Below are positions 58,601-64,000 of a stretch of 64,000 bases of DNA, piece after piece. The notes below the pieces were generated by a model, which was not told the origin of the DNA, ran no database searches, and worked only from the letters and a program-made list of their open reading frames with translations. The position numbers and the translations under genes are program-made. The DNA comes from Amphiscolops sp. MND2022 (taxonomy: Eukaryota). Where the stretch lies: positions 31,312,001 to 31,376,000 of the forward strand of contig OZ076409.1 in assembly GCA_964187785.1 (NCBI GenBank), written 5' to 3'. Within the stretch, counting starts at the first letter, position 1. The number at the start of each line of letters is the position of its first letter.

Positions 58601-61600
58601 CTTTCTTAGAAGCGTTAACTCCAAACCTTCACTTCGGGTGAATTGGCATTTCCTTCTTTCGAATCTCCTGGAGCTAGAAGGAAACGATCATGGACGTCGA
58701 TACAAGCGAGCCATCACATACGCCATTTCGATATGGCAACGATAGTTGTTCGAATACGTTTCGACCCTGAATACGCGTCGAAGGTAGAATTCGCCCTGTG
58801 GTGAGCTGAAGACTAGAGATTTAGTCAGGATTTCAGATACACCCAGCCCGGGTAACTACTTTTTAGTTCGAAGCCAGGTCCTTCTCTTCGATAAAGACTT
58901 TCGCCCGCTCAGTGACTCTGAAAACGAAATCAGGAGCATTTACCAGACCAATTATTAGTCAAGTATCGTGTTCGACGCCACGCCTTGTATCGAAAGTTGA
59001 TTCTGGCCACTAGTGAAATGTTTGTTTTCCGTGGTCTACCGGTACCAGACCGGCCGGGGAGAGCAGGGTGTGTTGGTTTGAATCCCTTCTGGAGCCAAAA
59101 CGCTTTCAATAACCTTTCGCAACCCCGACTTTTGATCCGTTTGTTAATTTCATTTAAATATTTTTATTGTTTGCAATAAACCTTAATCATGTAATCTAAA
59201 CGATACTTGCCGCCGTGCTTGTTTTGTATGTAGTCTTGTCTTCGTTGTATTGCATACTGTTTACATTGAACATTTACTTTTTGAATATTCAGTCTACATC
59301 AATAGTCTTATACGTTACCTTCTACCTAACGAGTCAAATGAAGTCTTCTTTTTAACATCGCTGTTTCCGATGGGAACAAGCTTCTGGACCGCACATAGAG
59401 CTCACTAGTGATGTAATTTCAGCACACTGTTTACGTTGAACATTTACATTCCGAACAGACGACTCTTTTTTAGTCGGCGCCTTTTCCCTAATGAAAAAAG
59501 CCGGACTATTACAGTGGGTAGTTTTTTTCAGCTGATAATCTCACTCTGAATGGTCCACTTTTCTTACAATTTCTTACAATTCTTAGCTTACGAAGTAGTA
59601 TTTTTATATCATTTAAGAAACTCAACGGGGCCAAAGAGTACTTTCGGCTCTGTGAGACTTTTTATTCGAAATTTTTTTTCACCGAGTGGTCCCACCTTCA
59701 AGTTTTTGATATTTTTGGACAGAATTGATTTTGAAAAATCCCAAATGGTCCCCCTTTCAGTTTTTTTCGGCATTGTGAGACTTTTTTGGAAAAAAATTCC
59801 ATAAAAGGGTCCCCAATTCACTAATACTTTGACATTTTGAAGTCCTTTTGGTATTTTTGAGCCTTAGATATTGCGCCGACTCGGGCCTATCCCTGCTTGT
59901 TTGGTCTATTCATTTGATGTGAAAATGTTTGATTTAGAGTAAAACTGGCGTATTTCCTCTGTGCTCACTGTGAATTCTGTTCCACATTGTTGATATGACA
60001 AAAACAGACGCAGTCATTTCAAATGTTGAAAATCTTACAAACATCTCTGTCGGTTTTATCTTTACAACTGGTTGAAGCTTCAGTCCTTTTATTTTCAAAA
60101 TTATTCTGCGACTGCTCTTTCTTTGTCCCCATGTTAAAACGTGGCTTCTGTTCATTTTCCTGTGACGTGTAAAAAATTGGTCCTAAGCAGTGAACGCCTT
60201 TTTGATAAGATCTTGAGCGGTCGTAGACCGACAGATGAAGTCCCATTAACTGAATTTTGTCTGGTCGACGTTTTAACGCACCTCCTTTGGTTCCCGCCAA
60301 TAGCGATGATGTCACTTTCTTAGAAGCGTTAACTCCAAACCTTCACTTCGGGTGAATTGGCATTTCCTTCTTTCGAATCTCCTGGAGCTAGAAGGAAACG
60401 ATCATGGACGTCGATACAAGCGAGCCATCACACGCCATTTCGATATGGCAACGATAGTTGTTCGAATACGTTTCGACCCTGAATACGCGTCGAAGGTAGA
60501 ATTCGCCCTGTGGTGAGCTGAAGACTAGAGATTTAGTCAGGATTTCAGATACACCCAGCCCGGGTAACTACTTTTTAGTTCGAAGCCAGGTCCTTCTCTT
60601 CGATAAAGACTTTCGCCCGCTCAGTGACTCTGAAAACGAAATCAGGAGCATTTACCAGACCAATTATTAGTCAAGTATCGTGTTCGACGCCACGCCTTGT
60701 ATTGAAAGTTGATTCTGGCCACTAGTGAAATGTTTGTTTTCCGTGGTCTACCGGTACCAGACCGGCCGGGGAGAGCAGGGTGTGTTGGTTTGAATCCCTT
60801 CTTGAGCCAAAACGCTTTCAATAACCTTTCGCAACCCCGACTTTTGATCCGTTTGTTAATTTCATCTAAATATTTTTATTGTTTGCAATAAACCTTAATC
60901 ATGTAATCTAAACGATACTTGCCGTCGTGCTTGTTTTGTATGTAGTCTTGTCTTCGTTGTATTGCATACTGTTTACATTGAACATTTACTTTTTGAATAT
61001 TCAGTCTACATCAATAGTCTTATACGTTACCTTCTACCTAACGAGTCAAATGAAGTCTTCTTTTTAACATCGCTGTTTCCGATGGGAACAAGCTTCTGGA
61101 CCGCACATAGAGCTCACTAGTGATGTAATTTCAGCACACTGTTTACGTTGAACATTTACATTCCGAACAGACGACTCTTTTTTAGTCGGCGCCTTTTCCC
61201 TAATGAAAAAAGCCGGACTATTACAGTGGGTAGTTTTTTTTCAGCTGATAATCTCACTCTGAATGGTCCACTTTTCTTACAATTTCTTACAATTCTTAGC
61301 TTACGAAGTAGTATTTTTATATCATTTAAGAAACTCAACGGGGCCAAAGAGTACTTTCGGCTCTGTGAGACTTTTTATTCGAAATTTTTTTTCACCGAGT
61401 GGTCCCACCTTCAAGTTTTTGATATTTTTGGACAGAATTGATTTTGAAAAATCCCAAATGGTCCCCCTTTCAGTTTTTTTTCGGCATTGTGAGACTTTTT
61501 TGGAAAAAAATTCCATAAAAGGGTCCCCAATTCACTAATACTTTGACATTTTGAAGTCCTTTTGGTATTTTTGAGCCTTAGATATGGCGCCGACTCGGGC

Positions 61601-64000
61601 CTATCCCTGCTTGTTTGGTCTATTCATTTGATGTGAAAATGCTTGATTTAGAGTAAAACTGGCGTATTTCCTCTTCGCTCACTGTGAATTCTGTTCCACA
61701 TTGTTGATATGACAAAAACAGACGCAGTCATTTCAAATGTTGAAAATCTTACAAACATCTCTGTCGGTTTTATCTTTACAACTGGTTGAAGCTTCAGTCC
61801 TTTTATTTTCAAAATTATTCTGCGACTGCTCTTTCTTTGTCCCCATGTTAAAACGTGGCTTCTGTTCATTTTCCTGTGACGTGTAAAAAATTGGTCCTAA
61901 GCAGTGAACGCCTTTTTGATAAGATCTTGAGCGGTCGTAGACCGACAGATGAAGTCCCATTAACTGAATTTTGTCTGGTCGACGTTTTAACGCATCTCCT
62001 TTGGTTCCCGCCAATAGCGATGATGTCACTTTCTTAGAAGCGTTAACTCCAAACCTTCACTTCGGGTGAATTGGCATTTCCTTCTTTCGAATCTCCTGGA
62101 GCTAGAAGGAAACGATCATGGACGTCGATACAAGCGAGCCATCACACGCCATTTCGATATGGCAACGATAGTTGTTCGAGTACGTTTCGACCCTGAATAC
62201 GCGTCGAAGGTAGAATTCGCCCTGTGGTGAGCTGAAGACTAGAGATTTAGTCAGGATTTCAGATACACCCAGCCCGGGTAACTACTTTTTAGTTCGAAGC
62301 CAGGTCCTTCTCTTCGATAAAGACTTTCGCCCGCTCAGTGACTCTGAAAACGAAATCAGGAGCATTTACCAGACCAATTATTAGTCAAGTATCGTGTTCG
62401 ACGCCACGCCTTGTATTGAAAGTTGATTCTGGCCACTAGTGAAATGTTTGTTTTCCGTGGTCTACCGGTACCAGACCGGCCGGGGAGAGCAGGGTGTGTT
62501 GGTTTGAATCCCTTCTTGAGCCAAAACGCTTTCAATAACCTTTCGCAACCCCGACTTTTGATCCGTTTGTTAATTTCATCTAAATATTTTTATTGTTTGC
62601 AATAAACCTTAATCATGTAATCTAAACGATACTTTCCGCCGTGCTTGTTTTGTATGTAGTCTTGTCTTCGTTGTATTGCATACTGTTCACATTGAACATT
62701 TACTTTTTGAATTTTCAGTCTACATCAATAGTCTTATACGTTACCTTCTACCTAACGAGTCAAATGAAGTCTTCTTTTTAACATCGCTGTTTCCGATGGG
62801 AACAAGCTTCTGGACCGCACATAGAGCTCACTAGTGATGTAATTTCAGCACACTGTTTACGTTGAACATTTACATTCCGAAGAGACGACTCTTTTTTAGT
62901 CGGCGCCTTTTCCCTAATGAAAAAAGCCGGACTATTACAGTGGGTAGTTTTTTTTCAGCTGATAATCTCACTCTGAATGGTCCACTTTTCTTACAATTTC
63001 TTACAATTCTTAGCTTACGAAGTAGTATTTTTATATCATTTAAGAAACTCAACGGGGCCAAAGAGTACTTTCGGCTCTGTGAGACTTTTTATTCGAAATT
63101 TTTTTTCACCGAGTGGTCCCACCTTCAAGTTTTTGATATTTTTGGACAGAATTGATTTTGAAAAATCCCAAATGGTCCCCCCTTTCAGTTTTTTTTCGGC
63201 ATTGTGAGACTTTTTTTTGGAAAAAAATTCCATAAAAGGGTCCCCAATTCACTAATACTTTGACATTTTGAAGTCCTTTTGGTATTTTTGAGCCTTAGAT
63301 ATGGCGCCGACTCGGGCCTATCCCTGCTTGTTTGGTCTATTCATTTGATGTGAAAATGCTTGATTTAGAGTTTTTTTTTCTTCTCTCTATCAGATATCAT
63401 GGATCTTCGTCATCAATTGAGTGCCATGTGTATCATCATGTTGGGGGGAGAAGACACACACCCGTGGTCTGCAACGAAAGTAGGGAACCCCATACCAGCC
63501 ACTATACCAGTAGACCAGTAACAAAAAAACAACCAACAAACTACTTAAACCAGCCACTATGCAGTCGACCGGTGGACTTTATTTATAGCTGCTTTGATAT
63601 AAAGGTAAAACAAATTAGGCTATATGTAATAAATTTCTTCGAACGCATCTCTGTCGCTCACAGTTCCTAGAACACAGGCCGCATTGCCGATCTGAAGAGC
63701 CATTGAAATTCGTTGTTTCAAAAAGCTGCCAGCTCGTTGATCGTCGTGCGAACGAATGTAATTTGATTTAGAGTAAAACTGGCGTATTTCCTCTTCGCTC
63801 ACTGTGAATTCTGTTCCACATTGTTGATATGACAAAAACAGATGCAGTCATTTCAAATGTTGAAAATCTTACAAACATCTCTGTCGGTTTTATCTTTACA
63901 ACTGGTTGAAGCTTCAGTCCTTCTATTTTCAAAATTATTCTGCGACTGCTCTTTCTTTGTCCCCATGTTAAAACGTGGCTTCTGTTCATTTTCCTGTGAC
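55670..64000. repeat. ~1714-bp tandem macrosatellite (at least 4.5 copies, runs off the window) composed of BEL/Pao 3' end/LTR remnant plus a HINE-like insert
   Basis: Equivalent ORF-track peptides at 56505, 58220, 59934 and 61648 (spacing 1715/1714/1714). Each unit has integrase-tail remnants (TDEVPLTEFCLV..LEALTPN), CGGCCGGGGAGAG and an AGTCGGCGC...GCGCCGACT element. Confidence 0.97.
63372..63762 (-). mobile_element. Short 5'-truncated copy of the RLE non-LTR retrotransposon inserted in a macrosatellite unit
   Basis: Matches ~35632-36014; A-tail (T-run at the left); 12-bp TSD TTGATTTAGAGT (63360-63371 and 63763-63774). Confidence 0.93.

Overview
Repeat-dense, AT-rich eukaryotic (probably animal) DNA made almost entirely of mobile elements and satellites; no host housekeeping gene, RNA gene or CRISPR array was recognisable. 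From left to right: (1) a split, degenerate tyrosine-recombinase-like plus SET-domain locus (984-3220, +). (2) An ~8-kb element (3362-11383) bracketed by two (ACT)n microsatellite tracts. It has imperfect terminal inverted repeats, a repeated motif near both ends, and one intact ~1300-aa ORF fusing a SET lysine-methyltransferase domain, a 20-aa repeat linker, zinc fingers and an apparently catalytically complete tyrosine recombinase. This is the best candidate for a poorly described system: a microsatellite-targeting Crypton-like transposon carrying its own chromatin writer. (3) Several satellites (11.9-20.8 kb). (4) A decayed Helentron-type Rep/helicase element with an AMSH-like JAMM/MPN domain upstream. 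(5) A ~2.7-kb composite tandem duplication. (6) A 5'-truncated RLE-type non-LTR retrotransposon. (7) A complete but frameshifted Polinton/adintovirus (36976-52713; TIRs, 6-bp TSD AACGAT) with a nested foldback element flanked by a 9-bp TSD. (8) BEL/Pao LTR-retrotransposon remnants with HINE/DINE-like inserts, amplified as a ~1714-bp tandem array that later received a LINE insertion with a 12-bp TSD. All family assignments come from motif recognition by eye, not from database searches.
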